From: Candidatus Harrisonbacteria bacterium
Lineage (GTDB): Bacteria; Patescibacteriota; Minisyncoccia; UBA6257; 1-14-0-10-40-38
NCBI GenBank assembly: GCA_023245035.1
Contig: JAHFLD010000002.1
Span: 67,297-131,296 of the forward strand
Direction: 5' to 3'
DNA length: 64,000 nucleotides
The notes beneath the pieces were generated by a model. It saw only the letters and a program-made list of their open reading frames with translations. It was not told where the DNA came from and ran no database searches. Position 1 is the first letter of the stretch. Every line of letters begins with the position of its first letter. This document shows positions 47,662 to 57,069 of the stretch, piece by piece. A program made the translations under genes and the position numbers.

Positions 47662-48444
47662 ATGACCAATGCCTATTTAGCGCAGTCGCGCATGCGGCGT
47701 TTCCGAAAACGCCGGTTGCGATTTTATGCCTGGTTTTTGGGTGTCCTGGTTTTTGCTTTTTTTCTGTTTTACGCGGTTCGGGAGTCGTCTTTTTTCGTCA
47801 TTCGCACGCTTAAAATAAACGGTGTTTCTGGCGCGGAGCAATCCAATCTCTTAACGTCTTTGAGAACCGCGGTCGCTCAAGAAACTCTGGGGAAGATCTT
47901 GGGGGCTGATAATTATTTGGCTTGGCCCGCGACTTTACCACCGCCATCGTTTTCTTTGGCTTCGATCGCGATTACCAAGCGTTTTTTTGATAGAAGCGTT
48001 GAGGTTGCGGTTCAGCGGAAAAATATTGGAGGAATGTGGTGTTTTGGCGACGAGGCGCAATCATGTTTCTGGTTTGATGGTGAAAGTGCTCTATTGCTGA
48101 CGCCGGCGCCATCAACCGAAGGTTCGTTAGTTCAAGTAATTTACGAGGAGTCGTCTATTCCACTGACTCTTGGACAACCGGTGCTTTCCTCCGAGGAGTT
48201 TGCTTATTTTAAGGAAATAGCCGGGGTATTGGGTGGGATGGATTTTGGCGATTTGCGTTTGGTTTTTAACCGCGATCGGAGAGAGCTGACCGCGATACCG
48301 GTTCATGGACCGGAGCTTAGATTTAGCGTTCGCTTTCCATCGCGAGTGGCGCTCGCCGCGCTTCGGGAGATGGCGAGTCGCCCAAGCTTTTCCAATTTGC
48401 AATACGCGGATTTTACGGTTAATAACAAGGTTTATACCAAGTAG
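47662..48444 (+). CDS. hypothetical membrane protein, possibly FtsQ/DivIB-like (POTRA-like region)
   Basis: One N-terminal TM helix followed by FFVIRTLKINGVSGAEQSNLLTSL, reminiscent of an FtsQ POTRA domain; weak. Confidence 0.35.
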   Translation: MTNAYLAQSRMRRFRKRRLRFYAWFLGVLVFAFFLFYAVRESSFFVIRTLKINGVSGAEQSNLLTSLRTAVAQETLGKILGADNYLAWPATLPPPSFSLASIAITKRFFDRSVEVAVQRKNIGGMWCFGDEAQSCFWFDGESALLLTPAPSTEGSLVQVIYEESSIPLTLGQPVLSSEEFAYFKEIAGVLGGMDFGDLRLVFNRDRRELTAIPVHGPELRFSVRFPSRVALAALREMASRPSFSNLQYADFTVNNKVYTK

Positions 48445-48475
48445 CTCGATTATGAAAATCCGGTTGTAATATTTT

Positions 48476-48850
48476 TTGTCGCGATTTTTCTTGAATATGA
48501 ATTTTAGATTTCCCGAGGACGACCGGCAATTTACCTGGACTCGGCATATCAAAAATAAGATGTTGTTTTACGGACTTTCCGAGCAGCGGGTTCGCGGTGT
48601 TTTTAAATCGCCTGCCAGATTGGTGGAAGGCGTGGCCGAGGATACAATCGCGGCTATGAAGCCGAATTCTACCAAGAGCCGCCGTGAGGAGGTTTGGATT
48701 ATGTATCGAGCGCAAAAGGTCAAATCAAAACAGGCGCCGAAAATTTTAATGATCAGCGCTTGGCGATATCCGGGTTTAAGCAATCCGGAAAAAGCGGTGC
48801 CAATTCCCGAAGAGGTTGTGCTTGAATTAGGACTTAGGATTCAAGCATAG
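48476..48850 (+). CDS. hypothetical protein (possible DUF4258-like)
   Basis: 124-aa ORF; FTWTRHIKNKMLFYGLSEQRV weakly resembles the DUF4258 H..rM..RgI block. Confidence 0.35.
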   Translation: MSRFFLNMNFRFPEDDRQFTWTRHIKNKMLFYGLSEQRVRGVFKSPARLVEGVAEDTIAAMKPNSTKSRREEVWIMYRAQKVKSKQAPKILMISAWRYPGLSNPEKAVPIPEEVVLELGLRIQA

Positions 48851-48854
48851 CGCT

Positions 48855-50105
48855 TCAAGAGTTTTGGTCTTTCTCGGTTTCACACAAGGGGCAAGTTTCG
48901 GAAAACTTGCTGGTGCTTAAAAATGTGCTGATGGCCTTGCGGGCGGGCATGAGCATGGTAAAGGCTCGAAAATCAGCTAGTCGGCGCAAGAACCAGCCAA
49001 CGCGCCCGAAGAAAAGAAGCTTTCCGATTTGGGCTCCGGCCCAGTGGTGTCCGGCCGGAATTACGTACCAGGGTTTTCGAGGGACATATTTTAAGCGCCA
49101 AGCGTGATTACCCAGGGTGTTTTCGGCAATTCTCTCGGCTACATAATGCGCGTCATAGATCGCGGTTTGAGCCATGCCCGAATAGGTAGTTGCCGCCGCG
49201 TCACCAATGGCAAAAACATCTTCATGGTTTTTGGCGCGCAGATATTCATCAACAACAACCCTTCCTTTTTTGTCGGTTCCAAGGTTGCTGGTCGCGGCCA
49301 GCAGGCGATGGGCACGAATGCCCGCAGTCCAAATAAGGGTTTGAGTTTTGAACTGCATGTCTTTAAGATAGACGGTTTCCACTTCCTCTTGGACGACGGC
49401 GCGGTTCAAGAAGATATTGACGCCGAGTTCCCGCAGGCGAGACTCAACGCGTTCGGAAAATTTCGGCAACAACATAGATACCAGGCGGGGGGCGGCCTCA
49501 ACAACGTCAATGGTTACAATGGAGGCGTCCAGCTTGTGGGTGACGGCGATTTTTTTGGCGTAGTGCGCCAGATCGCCGGCGATTTCGGTTCCGGAGGCGC
49601 CGCCGCCAACCACGACAAAATGCGCCGCTTTGACTTTTTCATCCATGGTTCCAACTTTGGAAACCGCGACCATCATTTCGTGCAGGTGGCGTTTGAGCGC
49701 CAGGGCTTCGGAGACTGTTTTAAAGCCATAGGAGTTTTCTTTTAATCCGGGGATGTTGAAGTATTCGGTTTCGCTGCCAAGCGCGAGCACCAAGGTTTCG
49801 TATTCGTAGCGCGTACCGGAGTTTCCTTTGAGTTCCTTCTTTTCCAGATTTATTTCCACAATCCGATCTTCCAGAAGCTCCACCGGCGTATGCGCAAAAA
49901 TTTCTCGCAGTGGCACGCAGGTTTCGAGAGGCGAGTGTCCGGTGACTACGCGATAGAGAGCGGCGTGATATTCAAAATGAGGCTTGTCGCTAATTAAAAT
50001 AATTCTGGTATATGGCAGGCGGCGGCGGGCGAGGTCAAGCGCCAGACGGATACCGCCAAAACCGGCGCCGACGATGACGATTCTTTTTCGGTGAGGTACG
50101 GACAT
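48855..50105 (-). CDS. ndh: type II NADH:quinone oxidoreductase (NDH-2)
   Basis: Two Rossmann GxGxxG motifs (IVIVGAGFGG, FVVVGGGASG); FAD/NAD(P)-binding oxidoreductase. Confidence 0.9.
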   Translation of the reverse strand: MSVPHRKRIVIVGAGFGGIRLALDLARRRLPYTRIILISDKPHFEYHAALYRVVTGHSPLETCVPLREIFAHTPVELLEDRIVEINLEKKELKGNSGTRYEYETLVLALGSETEYFNIPGLKENSYGFKTVSEALALKRHLHEMMVAVSKVGTMDEKVKAAHFVVVGGGASGTEIAGDLAHYAKKIAVTHKLDASIVTIDVVEAAPRLVSMLLPKFSERVESRLRELGVNIFLNRAVVQEEVETVYLKDMQFKTQTLIWTAGIRAHRLLAATSNLGTDKKGRVVVDEYLRAKNHEDVFAIGDAAATTYSGMAQTAIYDAHYVAERIAENTLGNHAWRLKYVPRKPWYVIPAGHHWAGAQIGKLLFFGRVGWFLRRLADFRAFTMLMPARKAISTFLSTSKFSETCPLCETEKDQNS

Positions 50106-50205
50106 GCTATTACTTTAACACCAAAACCAAGTTGTTATGTGTGGGTAAATTTTGGTAAGAAAAAATCCGCCTTGATGGCGGACTTTTTCCGCATGTTGAA
50201 AAAAA

Positions 50206-50394
50206 CTATTGATGGGCTGCGGGATTTTTCATGCAGCAATCCTTGACCATCTTGCCACTACCGCAGGGGCATTTTTCGTTTGCTACGTCCTTGGCTTCGT
50301 TTGCGCTGTGGCACATACCGGCCATTTTGCCACTGCCGCAATGACAGGGCTTCATCAGTTTCCCCATCTTATCACTAAGCATTTTTGAATCCAT
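50206..50394 (-). CDS. SEC-C metal-binding motif mini-protein (two SEC-C motifs)
   Basis: CHCGSGKMAGMCH and CPCGSGKMVKDCC match the SecA C-terminal SEC-C zinc-binding motif. Confidence 0.6.
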   Translation of the reverse strand: MDSKMLSDKMGKLMKPCHCGSGKMAGMCHSANEAKDVANEKCPCGSGKMVKDCCMKNPAAHQ

Positions 50395-50559
50395 ATTCGG
50401 GTAAAACCTAGATTTTTTGTCGGCGACCTTTCTTTGGCTATTATACCAGAAGGGCGCTCGGACACATCTCTCTCAAGAGACGGGATAACATCTCTTCCAG
50501 CGGAGATGTTTCCCTGTCTCTCGGCGAAATGATTTCGCTATTCAGCGAAAACCCAGCTC

Positions 50560-50730
50560 ATTTCGCCTGCGAGAACCTCTTGAAGAGAGATGTGTCCTCG
50601 CTGTTGGTGGAAATGAAGCTCCGAGAGCTTCCTGCAAAAGAAAATTCCTCGCTGGATGGAGGAGGCGAAGCTCCGAGAACTCCCCGCGTAATAAAAGTCC
50701 TCACGGTTGGAGGGGTGGAATAATGGGTAA
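50560..50730. repeat. family D repeat cluster (internal direct repeat GAAGCTCCGAGAnCTxCC ... AAAGTCCTCACGGTTGGAGGGGTGGAATA)
   Basis: Aligns with 27055-27110 (GAAGCTCCGAGAGCTCCCCGCAAAATGAAAGTCCTCGCAGTTAGGGTGATGGAATA). Confidence 0.65.
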
Positions 50731-50736
50731 TAAAAA

Positions 50737-50765
50737 GCCCCGACGAGAGTCGGGGCTTGGGTGGT
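50737..50765 (-). terminator. rho-independent terminator for the minus-strand gene (GCCCCGAC-GAGA-GTCGGGGC with T-run on the minus strand)
   Basis: Perfect 8-bp GC stem; minus-strand reading gives hairpin plus TTTTTATT. Confidence 0.65.
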
Positions 50766-50783
50766 GGCGCTACATCATTTGAA

Positions 50784-51308
50784 TCAAGTTCGGGAGGAGG
50801 AGACGGCGAACGCGAAGCCGCTGCTAGGACTCCATCCTTTGTTACCGGCTCCAGCATCGAACGCGTTGAGCCAGCGACCATCCTCTTGACGGCCCATGCC
50901 CAGCATGCATGGACCCTCGGAATCGTTAATGGGTTCGTGCATCACAATGATGGACCACAAGCGCATGGCTTTGATCTCTGCATCAGAGAACTTCTCACGG
51001 ATGAGACAAGCCAGTTCGGCGCTCGGTACCATGAGCTTGCGATGCTTGGCCTCGGCGTGGATCTTCGACAGCATCCTGTTCTCGGTCCTGAAGAGAGAAC
51101 TTTTCAAGACTGCGACTTGGGTTGTTACGCCACTTGTCGGCTTGAAGTCCGACGAGCAGAGCACCTCCTCAGCGCACGTTCCAACTTTGAAACGCTTTTT
51201 CCAGTCCTCGCCCTTCGTGCCGTCGCTCGTAACCGAGAAGTAGATGACGCCGTCTTTTTCGTGCCATCGTGGCTTCCTCTTGCATTGGATCGTCTTCAGT
51301 TTTGCCAT
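50784..51308 (-). CDS. hypothetical protein
   Basis: Start at 51308 (ATG preceded by AAGAGGA RBS); 174 aa; the ORF track start at 51407 adds a poorly supported extension. Confidence 0.5.
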   Translation of the reverse strand: MAKLKTIQCKRKPRWHEKDGVIYFSVTSDGTKGEDWKKRFKVGTCAEEVLCSSDFKPTSGVTTQVAVLKSSLFRTENRMLSKIHAEAKHRKLMVPSAELACLIREKFSDAEIKAMRLWSIIVMHEPINDSEGPCMLGMGRQEDGRWLNAFDAGAGNKGWSPSSGFAFAVSSSRT

Positions 51309-51494
51309 TAGAATCCTCTTTCTTGGGTTTTTAATTATCCGAGTCGCTCGGGTCAGTGTTTTCGCCTCATGATGAGGCGGGTCAAGGTTGTCAACGAACG
51401 CTGGCACTTTAGCACGGCTTTTGCTTTTTTGTCAATGGCTTAAAGGCTTAAAGAAGTGTAGTGCAAAAATCATAAGATTAGTGCTTTCTGCTAG

Positions 51495-51522
51495 AAAAAA
51501 AAGCCCCGACTTAAGTCGGGGT
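51495..51522 (-). terminator. rho-independent terminator overlapping the stop codon of the upstream minus-strand gene (GCCCCGAC-TTAA-GTCGGGGC plus T8 on minus)
   Basis: Same stem sequence as the terminator at 50737; the stop codon TAA sits in the loop. Confidence 0.6.
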
Positions 51523-51771
51523 TGGGGGAGCGGATTTGCGGAAGAAGTGGCTGATGCCAAACTCCCGAACCCAGACCCAGAAGACGAGCGTGATGCCGGC
51601 GAAGGCGAGCGGATACCATGAGGGGATCGTGGCGAGGTGTCCGATTGCGAGGCTCACGATGAGGTGGACGTCGATCACCAAGGTGGCGGTGTAGATTGCC
51701 GAGACGAGGATTTCTCCCGCGAAGACGATGCCGCGAACCAGCGCGTAGACGAGGCAGGACAGCAGTTCCAT
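51511..51771 (-). CDS. hypothetical small membrane protein (2-3 TM helices)
   Basis: 86-aa hydrophobic ORF. Confidence 0.4.
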   Translation of the reverse strand: MELLSCLVYALVRGIVFAGEILVSAIYTATLVIDVHLIVSLAIGHLATIPSWYPLAFAGITLVFWVWVREFGISHFFRKSAPPTPT

Positions 51772-51786
51772 GAGGTTCTCCTTGGG

Positions 51787-52044
51787 TTATCGGGTTCGGT
51801 TCTTTTCTCTTTCGAAGTCGTGTATCTCGCGGTAGTTGTACAGGCCGATCTGAAGAATTAGACCTCCGGTCGTCGAGACTAGACAGAGCAGATACGTTGA
51901 TTCTCCGGATAGTTGGCCGTAATACTGGCCAAGTTCAGAGAGACGCGTGTTCGGAAACTCCCTAGCGAGGGCGATGTGGTAGCCGATCACGAAGATCGTG
52001 GTTACAAGCAGAAGGTAGACACTGACGCCGATCAGCTTTTTCAT
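51787..52044 (-). CDS. hypothetical small membrane protein
   Basis: 85-aa ORF with N-terminal TM helices, adjacent and co-oriented with 51511..51771. Confidence 0.4.
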   Translation of the reverse strand: MKKLIGVSVYLLLVTTIFVIGYHIALAREFPNTRLSELGQYYGQLSGESTYLLCLVSTTGGLILQIGLYNYREIHDFEREKNRTR

Positions 52045-52139
52045 CGCTTCTTTTTCGCTGTTAAAGAACTGGTTTAATCGGTTGCTTCCGATTATGGCTC
52101 GATTATAGCACGTGGATTTGTTTTGTCAATGATACGCGG

Positions 52140-53705
52140 CTAAAGTTTGAAAATTGCTTGGCCTAGTGATTCAAATACCGGAAGGTATCGGTTGTCGCTT
52201 TTGACATAGGCGTAGAATTTGGCGTTGCGGCTTTTTTCCACAACGACATAGCTGGCCTGGAATTTTTTAGTCAGGACTTCGTAGGTGTCCTCCAGATCGG
52301 CGGCGGCGCATTCGGTGGCCGGACAGGTTACGTTCGTGGTATCGCCGGTGTTTAAGTAATAACCGCGCCAGTATTGGACTTCGCTAAACGAGTATTCAAA
52401 AATCGGATCCATCCCGCGGATGTAGCGTCCGTTTGGATTCCAGAAAAAAAGTTTGGGGAAAATGTCCCAGTAGACGTTGTAGATTATGGTTTGCGGGGGA
52501 GTATTTTGCTTGAGCCACAGGCCAACTTCTTTGAATTCGTTGGGGTCATTTCCGGTTTTAAGACTTCGCGCGTGAGTAAAAAATCCATAGGGTATCAGCA
52601 GTAATAAGATTATAACGCAGGCGGCAGCGAAGTTGCGATGATAAGTTTGGTTGGTATTAGCGGATCTGACTTTGGCGAGAACCAAGCCGCAGAGCGTAGC
52701 TCCAAAAACCGCCCAAAGGTCGTAAAAGCGCCGTGCGAGAAACATGGTCATTAAAAAATAAGCAGTGGAGATAATCGCGGTTCCAAGCAAGAGCGCCCGG
52801 CGGTTTGTCTCGGTGGTAGCCTTTTTGAGTTGGAAAAATTCTTTGATTGCGAGGTACAGGGCCCAAATCCAAACCGCCGTAAATGGCAGGAAGTTTTTGC
52901 CGAAAGTTCCCCAGTCGAGCGGAAAGAGCTCCTTGCCAAAGAGAAGCGGGACGCCCCGAAGTTTGGCGGCGAGCAGTTCGAACATTTGAACGTAGACGAG
53001 ATGAGCCGCGCCGATGGGGTTGGGACGCAGGAGCCAGGCGATTGCGAGGCCGAGAATGACACTAATAAGTTCGCGCCAAAGTAGCTTGCGTTCGGCAAGA
53101 TACCGAGCATCGATGGCTATCATGGCCGAAAGCAGGGGCAGCCAAAAAAGGCTTAGGTGCAAAAATGCCGAGGCAAAAGCAGTCAGGCCAATCAGCCAAA
53201 GTTTTGATTTCTTGGCAGAGAAGACAAGAGCGAAAATGAGAAGCGAGAGACTGCTGGTGAGAACGTGCGGGCGGGTCATGGCGAGGTGAAAGATCACATT
53301 GGGTGCCGTAAAAAGCGCGGCGAAGGGCAGGGCGAGGGCGTAGCGCAAACGCAAAAGGCGGAAGGCTAAGGCGCAGATTAAAAGAAAAACGGCGGTAATC
53401 ACGATGCCGGCGAGTTTAATTCCGAGTATCTCGTTCTGAATTAGAGTGAAAGGAATAAGCGCGAGATGAAAGCCATACCAGATGTCGCCGCCAAATTTGG
53501 CGACGACCGAAAGCGGCAACCAGGGAAATTCGGCGAAGAACAAGCCTCGTTCGCGATATTCGGCGGCGTGGCGGAAGTGATAAAAGCTGTCGGAGTCGGG
53601 AAGGTTGGGACTTTGAAAATGAAGGATGGCGCTAACGGCTAAGGCCAGCAAAGTAAAAGCCGTCCAAGACCAAATCTTTTTATGCTGGAGTATTTTCTGC
53701 AACAT
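52140..53705 (-). CDS. polytopic membrane protein, GT-C-fold glycosyltransferase-like (ArnT/PMT-like), with C-terminal soluble domain
   Basis: About 11 predicted TM helices over the first ~380 aa followed by a hydrophilic C-terminal domain; architecture resembles GT39/GT83 families; no definitive motif. Confidence 0.4.
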   Translation of the reverse strand: MLQKILQHKKIWSWTAFTLLALAVSAILHFQSPNLPDSDSFYHFRHAAEYRERGLFFAEFPWLPLSVVAKFGGDIWYGFHLALIPFTLIQNEILGIKLAGIVITAVFLLICALAFRLLRLRYALALPFAALFTAPNVIFHLAMTRPHVLTSSLSLLIFALVFSAKKSKLWLIGLTAFASAFLHLSLFWLPLLSAMIAIDARYLAERKLLWRELISVILGLAIAWLLRPNPIGAAHLVYVQMFELLAAKLRGVPLLFGKELFPLDWGTFGKNFLPFTAVWIWALYLAIKEFFQLKKATTETNRRALLLGTAIISTAYFLMTMFLARRFYDLWAVFGATLCGLVLAKVRSANTNQTYHRNFAAACVIILLLLIPYGFFTHARSLKTGNDPNEFKEVGLWLKQNTPPQTIIYNVYWDIFPKLFFWNPNGRYIRGMDPIFEYSFSEVQYWRGYYLNTGDTTNVTCPATECAAADLEDTYEVLTKKFQASYVVVEKSRNAKFYAYVKSDNRYLPVFESLGQAIFKL

Positions 53706-53771
53706 CTTCTTTTTACTCTAGCACTCAATCCGGAGTAAAAAAAATCCCCCGCGGTGGCGGGGGTGGGCGCA

Positions 53772-54866
53772 TCAAACGACGTGCCAAGCGAGCGTTTCAT
53801 CGGCGAGAAATGGTCTAATTACGTTACTAGAACCACTTGGGGGAAAATCTTCGTTTCTAATATAGATGCGAGGCACTTTCCACGATTCCTTGACGAGCGT
53901 AATTCTGGCGTCACTCACAAGCAGTTCCTTGGTTAGGTTGTAGAAGTTGCTACCGTGGGTGGCTACAAAATCTTCCAGCTTGTCCAGAGCATTCATTCGG
54001 TCAAAAACATCGGCGAGAATCGGCAGGGCGACCGGAGCAGTGAAGCAACCGGCGCAAGCTTGGACGCATTCTTTATCACTTATCGAATGGGGAGCGCTAT
54101 CACTGCCGAAAAAGAACTTGGGGTTGCCGGAAGTGGCCGCGTGGCACAAGGCCTGGCGATCAAACTCATGCTTGGCAATCGGCTTGCAGAAGTTGTGTGG
54201 AGACAGCTTGCCTTGAGACTGCTTGCTATAACCAATCACATCATCAAGTGTGAGTACCAAATGATGAGCGGTGATGGTGGCGGCGACGTTTGCCGGAAGC
54301 GAATGAACCGCTTGGACCGCGTCGAAAGTGGTGATGTGCTCCAAAACAATTCGGAGACCCGAGAACTTGATGGCGATCTCTCTTAGTTGTGGAAGGAAGG
54401 CGGCTTCGCGGTTTAATCCCGCAACGCCGTGATTAGGCGATTCGCCGTGAAGGCAAAGCACCAAGTTGCAATCCGCCATGGTTCCAAAAACCGGGTAGAG
54501 ATCCTTGAAGTTACTAACTCCGTTATCGGAGTTAGTGGTAACACCTTCGGGATAGAGCTTGCAGGCGACGACGATTCCTTCGCGGGCGGCTTCGGTGATG
54601 ATCTTGGGTGTTGTTTGGGGCGTAATCTGCAGAGTCATCAGCGGGCAGAAATCTTGAGCAAGAGGATCTAAAGTTCGCTGGATCTCTTGGTAGTAACCAG
54701 CGGCGTCTTGTATGGTCAAAATCGGATGTGGTCGGGTGTTGGGCATAACCAGCACGCGGGCAAAGTTTTTTGCCGTGAGCGCGGCGACTAGGCGCAAGAT
54801 CTTGCCTTGTCGTAGGTGAACGTGAAAATCATCGGGACGGCGGATCGTCAGTGTTGATACTGGCAT
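53772..54866 (-). CDS. pyrC: dihydroorotase
   Basis: DFHVHLRQG metal-binding motif and amidohydrolase fold. Start at ATG 54866 preceded by AAGGAGG; the ORF track start at 55088 is an unsupported extension. Confidence 0.88.
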   Translation of the reverse strand: MPVSTLTIRRPDDFHVHLRQGKILRLVAALTAKNFARVLVMPNTRPHPILTIQDAAGYYQEIQRTLDPLAQDFCPLMTLQITPQTTPKIITEAAREGIVVACKLYPEGVTTNSDNGVSNFKDLYPVFGTMADCNLVLCLHGESPNHGVAGLNREAAFLPQLREIAIKFSGLRIVLEHITTFDAVQAVHSLPANVAATITAHHLVLTLDDVIGYSKQSQGKLSPHNFCKPIAKHEFDRQALCHAATSGNPKFFFGSDSAPHSISDKECVQACAGCFTAPVALPILADVFDRMNALDKLEDFVATHGSNFYNLTKELLVSDARITLVKESWKVPRIYIRNEDFPPSGSSNVIRPFLADETLAWHVV

Positions 54867-55879
54867 TGATTGCCTCCTTTCTTTTCGGGGAAGATGTGGC
54901 AGTAAACTTGATAGGCGCTTTTGATGACTCGCGCGAGCCGCCAGGGACGAAGAATCGCAATGGAACCCAAGGAGATTGCCGAGGCGCCGGAGCCAGCCAA
55001 TCTTTTTAGATCGCCTTCGCTCATCACTCCGCCACCGGCAATGATTGGCTTTCGGATTGAGGCGTCGTTTCTGGCTTGATGTACCCATTCGCGAACCGGT
55101 TCAAAAATCGGAGAGCCGGAGAGTCCGCCGCCGCCGTACTTGGCGAGAGGCGACTCTTGACTGCCAAACAAGCCGGACCAATTGATTTGCGCGGGCAGAC
55201 TTCCCCAGGGAATCGTGTTGGAGACGCACAAGGCGTCGCAGGCTGAGTGGTCGCTGATCTGGCGCGCGATGCTCGGTGGCGTGAGAATATTTAACTTTGG
55301 CACTAGCGGGACATTTAGTGAGCGAAGCGTGTCGAGTGTGGCATGAACTTCGGCAACGAAGGCCATGCCTTCAGTTGGGCCGTGTTCGGTGTTGGGACAG
55401 GAGAAGTTGATCTGCAGGCCAAAGGGCGCTTTGAATTGCGAGGCAAAGACTTGGAGATACTTAAGAAAGTCCCTGGTTTCCTTTAGGCGCAATTCTGGCG
55501 TGGTGGCGGTGGTGGCGAAGGAGAGAAAAAATGGGCTAGTGCGTTCAATCCACGGATTACATGGTCCATTTTTTGCCAGCAGAAACAAGGCGCCGGGGCC
55601 GGACAGGCCGACGGCGTTTAACACCGCCGCTTCCCGAAAATTGACGCGAATGCAGTCGGGAAAAAGTTTTCTTACGGTCAAGCCGTCATCGCCGAGTTGC
55701 ATGTTGCCGCGACGCGATTCCAGAGTCGTGGTCTTGGCAGTGAAGGTGAGTCCATTAAAGTCAAAACCAAACGGAAAGAGTTTGCGAAACCACTTGTGAT
55801 GAGGATAGCCCTCACCATAGAATCCTTGGACGCCGGAGGCGCCAATCACCGGACCGAAATCTATGTCGTGCAAGCGCAT
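54848..55879 (-). CDS. pyrD: dihydroorotate dehydrogenase
   Basis: NAVGLSGPG, INFSCPNT, GGGLSG, IAGGGV motifs of DHODH. Start at ATG 55879 preceded by AGGAG. Confidence 0.85.
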   Translation of the reverse strand: MRLHDIDFGPVIGASGVQGFYGEGYPHHKWFRKLFPFGFDFNGLTFTAKTTTLESRRGNMQLGDDGLTVRKLFPDCIRVNFREAAVLNAVGLSGPGALFLLAKNGPCNPWIERTSPFFLSFATTATTPELRLKETRDFLKYLQVFASQFKAPFGLQINFSCPNTEHGPTEGMAFVAEVHATLDTLRSLNVPLVPKLNILTPPSIARQISDHSACDALCVSNTIPWGSLPAQINWSGLFGSQESPLAKYGGGGLSGSPIFEPVREWVHQARNDASIRKPIIAGGGVMSEGDLKRLAGSGASAISLGSIAILRPWRLARVIKSAYQVYCHIFPEKKGGNQCQYQH

Positions 55880-56102
55880 AGCGGCTCCTGTTCCAGAAAC
55901 TTGGCAGATGTTGTCAAAGAACGCTTGATAGATATAACAGAAAATGGACGTTATAAGCAAATTGCCAAGCTTGGATTAAGATTGCTGTAAAGTCACGAAA
56001 AATTATCTACCCGTATCGAAAGCCAGTCCGACATAATGTCATTCGGGCAAGGTGCTTTCGGCCGGGCGAAAAATACTAGCAATAAGAGAGGATAAAAAAA
56101 TC

Positions 56103-56130
56103 CCCCGTTTTTGGCATTAACGGGGGGAGG
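56103..56130 (-). terminator. rho-independent terminator for the minus-strand membrane protein gene
   Basis: CCCCCGTT...AACGGGGGG hairpin followed on the minus strand by TTTTTTT. Confidence 0.55.
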
Positions 56131-56136
56131 TAGGAA

Positions 56137-56979
56137 TCACTCTTGCTTAAAGGTGACGAGCGGACAAATCTTTTGCCTCTTGGCCTGCCACCAGAGCTTG
56201 AAAATGCTTGGCTTTGGTGAGGCCGCACTTCTTGCCTTGGAATCATCGCGGCGATCTTTCCAATCATCAATCGCGTCTGCGATTCTGCTCTTCATCCTAA
56301 CTAGAGAGTATAGTGACCACAGGAACCAGCCTCTTTTTGTCGGTTTCCTTTGGTTGGCTATGATTTTTTGGTCAAGCCAGTTCTCGAGCGCCATAACGAG
56401 CTTGCGGATGCCTTGTTTGCTCTTGTTGACGACGGTGAAAGTGGCTATGAAGAACAGACCAAGCAAAACCAGAAAGACTAGCGAGCTTGTGACTGCGAAC
56501 AAGAGCCAAACCGCGCCATGGAACAGCCCTATGTCGGTGTTGGTGGTTGCATTCCGGTAGATTTCCACATTAGCCCGGATGTACAAAACAAGCAGCAGGT
56601 AGGATTCTACGAAGACGAAGTATTCCGGACGCAGTTCAAAGCCGAAAAAGCGGAGATCTTCTTTCCACCAGCGCATTTTGACCTTGAGGCGGAACGGCCG
56701 CGGGAATTCTCTGGGAAGGCCGAGTGGCAGGAGGAGAATTACGCCGATTCCCCACAGACAATATTGAGGAATGAGAATGACGCTTGCCATAAGAAGGCCC
56801 ATCGCGCCCATCAACAGACCCAATACCAAGTACCAGAAGTAAGCACAGAGATTTGTTTGCGGAGGCGGTTGCTTCTTGAAGTTCACGAGCTCATAGCCCA
56901 ACTTGAAGCAGTGGTAGTGCCATGCCTTTTCCGAAATGGAGACAGCGCCATTCGGAGGCGCGCCGGAGGCTTCACTCAT
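56137..56979 (-). CDS. hypothetical polytopic membrane protein
   Basis: 280-aa ORF with about 5 TM helices. Confidence 0.5.
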   Translation of the reverse strand: MSEASGAPPNGAVSISEKAWHYHCFKLGYELVNFKKQPPPQTNLCAYFWYLVLGLLMGAMGLLMASVILIPQYCLWGIGVILLLPLGLPREFPRPFRLKVKMRWWKEDLRFFGFELRPEYFVFVESYLLLVLYIRANVEIYRNATTNTDIGLFHGAVWLLFAVTSSLVFLVLLGLFFIATFTVVNKSKQGIRKLVMALENWLDQKIIANQRKPTKRGWFLWSLYSLVRMKSRIADAIDDWKDRRDDSKARSAASPKPSIFKLWWQAKRQKICPLVTFKQE

Positions 56980-57069
56980 TTGATTCTCCGTGTAAGAGTT
57001 GTTAACGAACCGGCCTTAGATTATCCTAATTTGCCGGATATTGCAACTATTGCCAAATTGGATTTTTTG

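Noticed and set aside
49104-49745. 213-aa plus-strand ORF inside ndh
   Set aside because: It is antisense to NDH-2, with a Gly-rich translation.
54867-55088. Upstream extension of the pyrC ORF (start at 55088)
   Set aside because: The extension overlaps the pyrD coding region and is Arg/Ser-rich junk. A strong AAGGAGG RBS precedes the ATG at 54866, where the conserved PyrC N-terminus begins.
55880-55960. Upstream extension of the pyrD ORF (start at 55960)
   Set aside because: An AGGAG RBS precedes the ATG at 55879 (MRLHDIDFGP...), and the extension lacks conservation.
56518-57069. N-terminal 184-aa extension of the pseudouridine synthase ORF
   Set aside because: It overlaps the convergent membrane-protein gene 56137..56979. 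The S4 domain begins right after the ATG at 57070.
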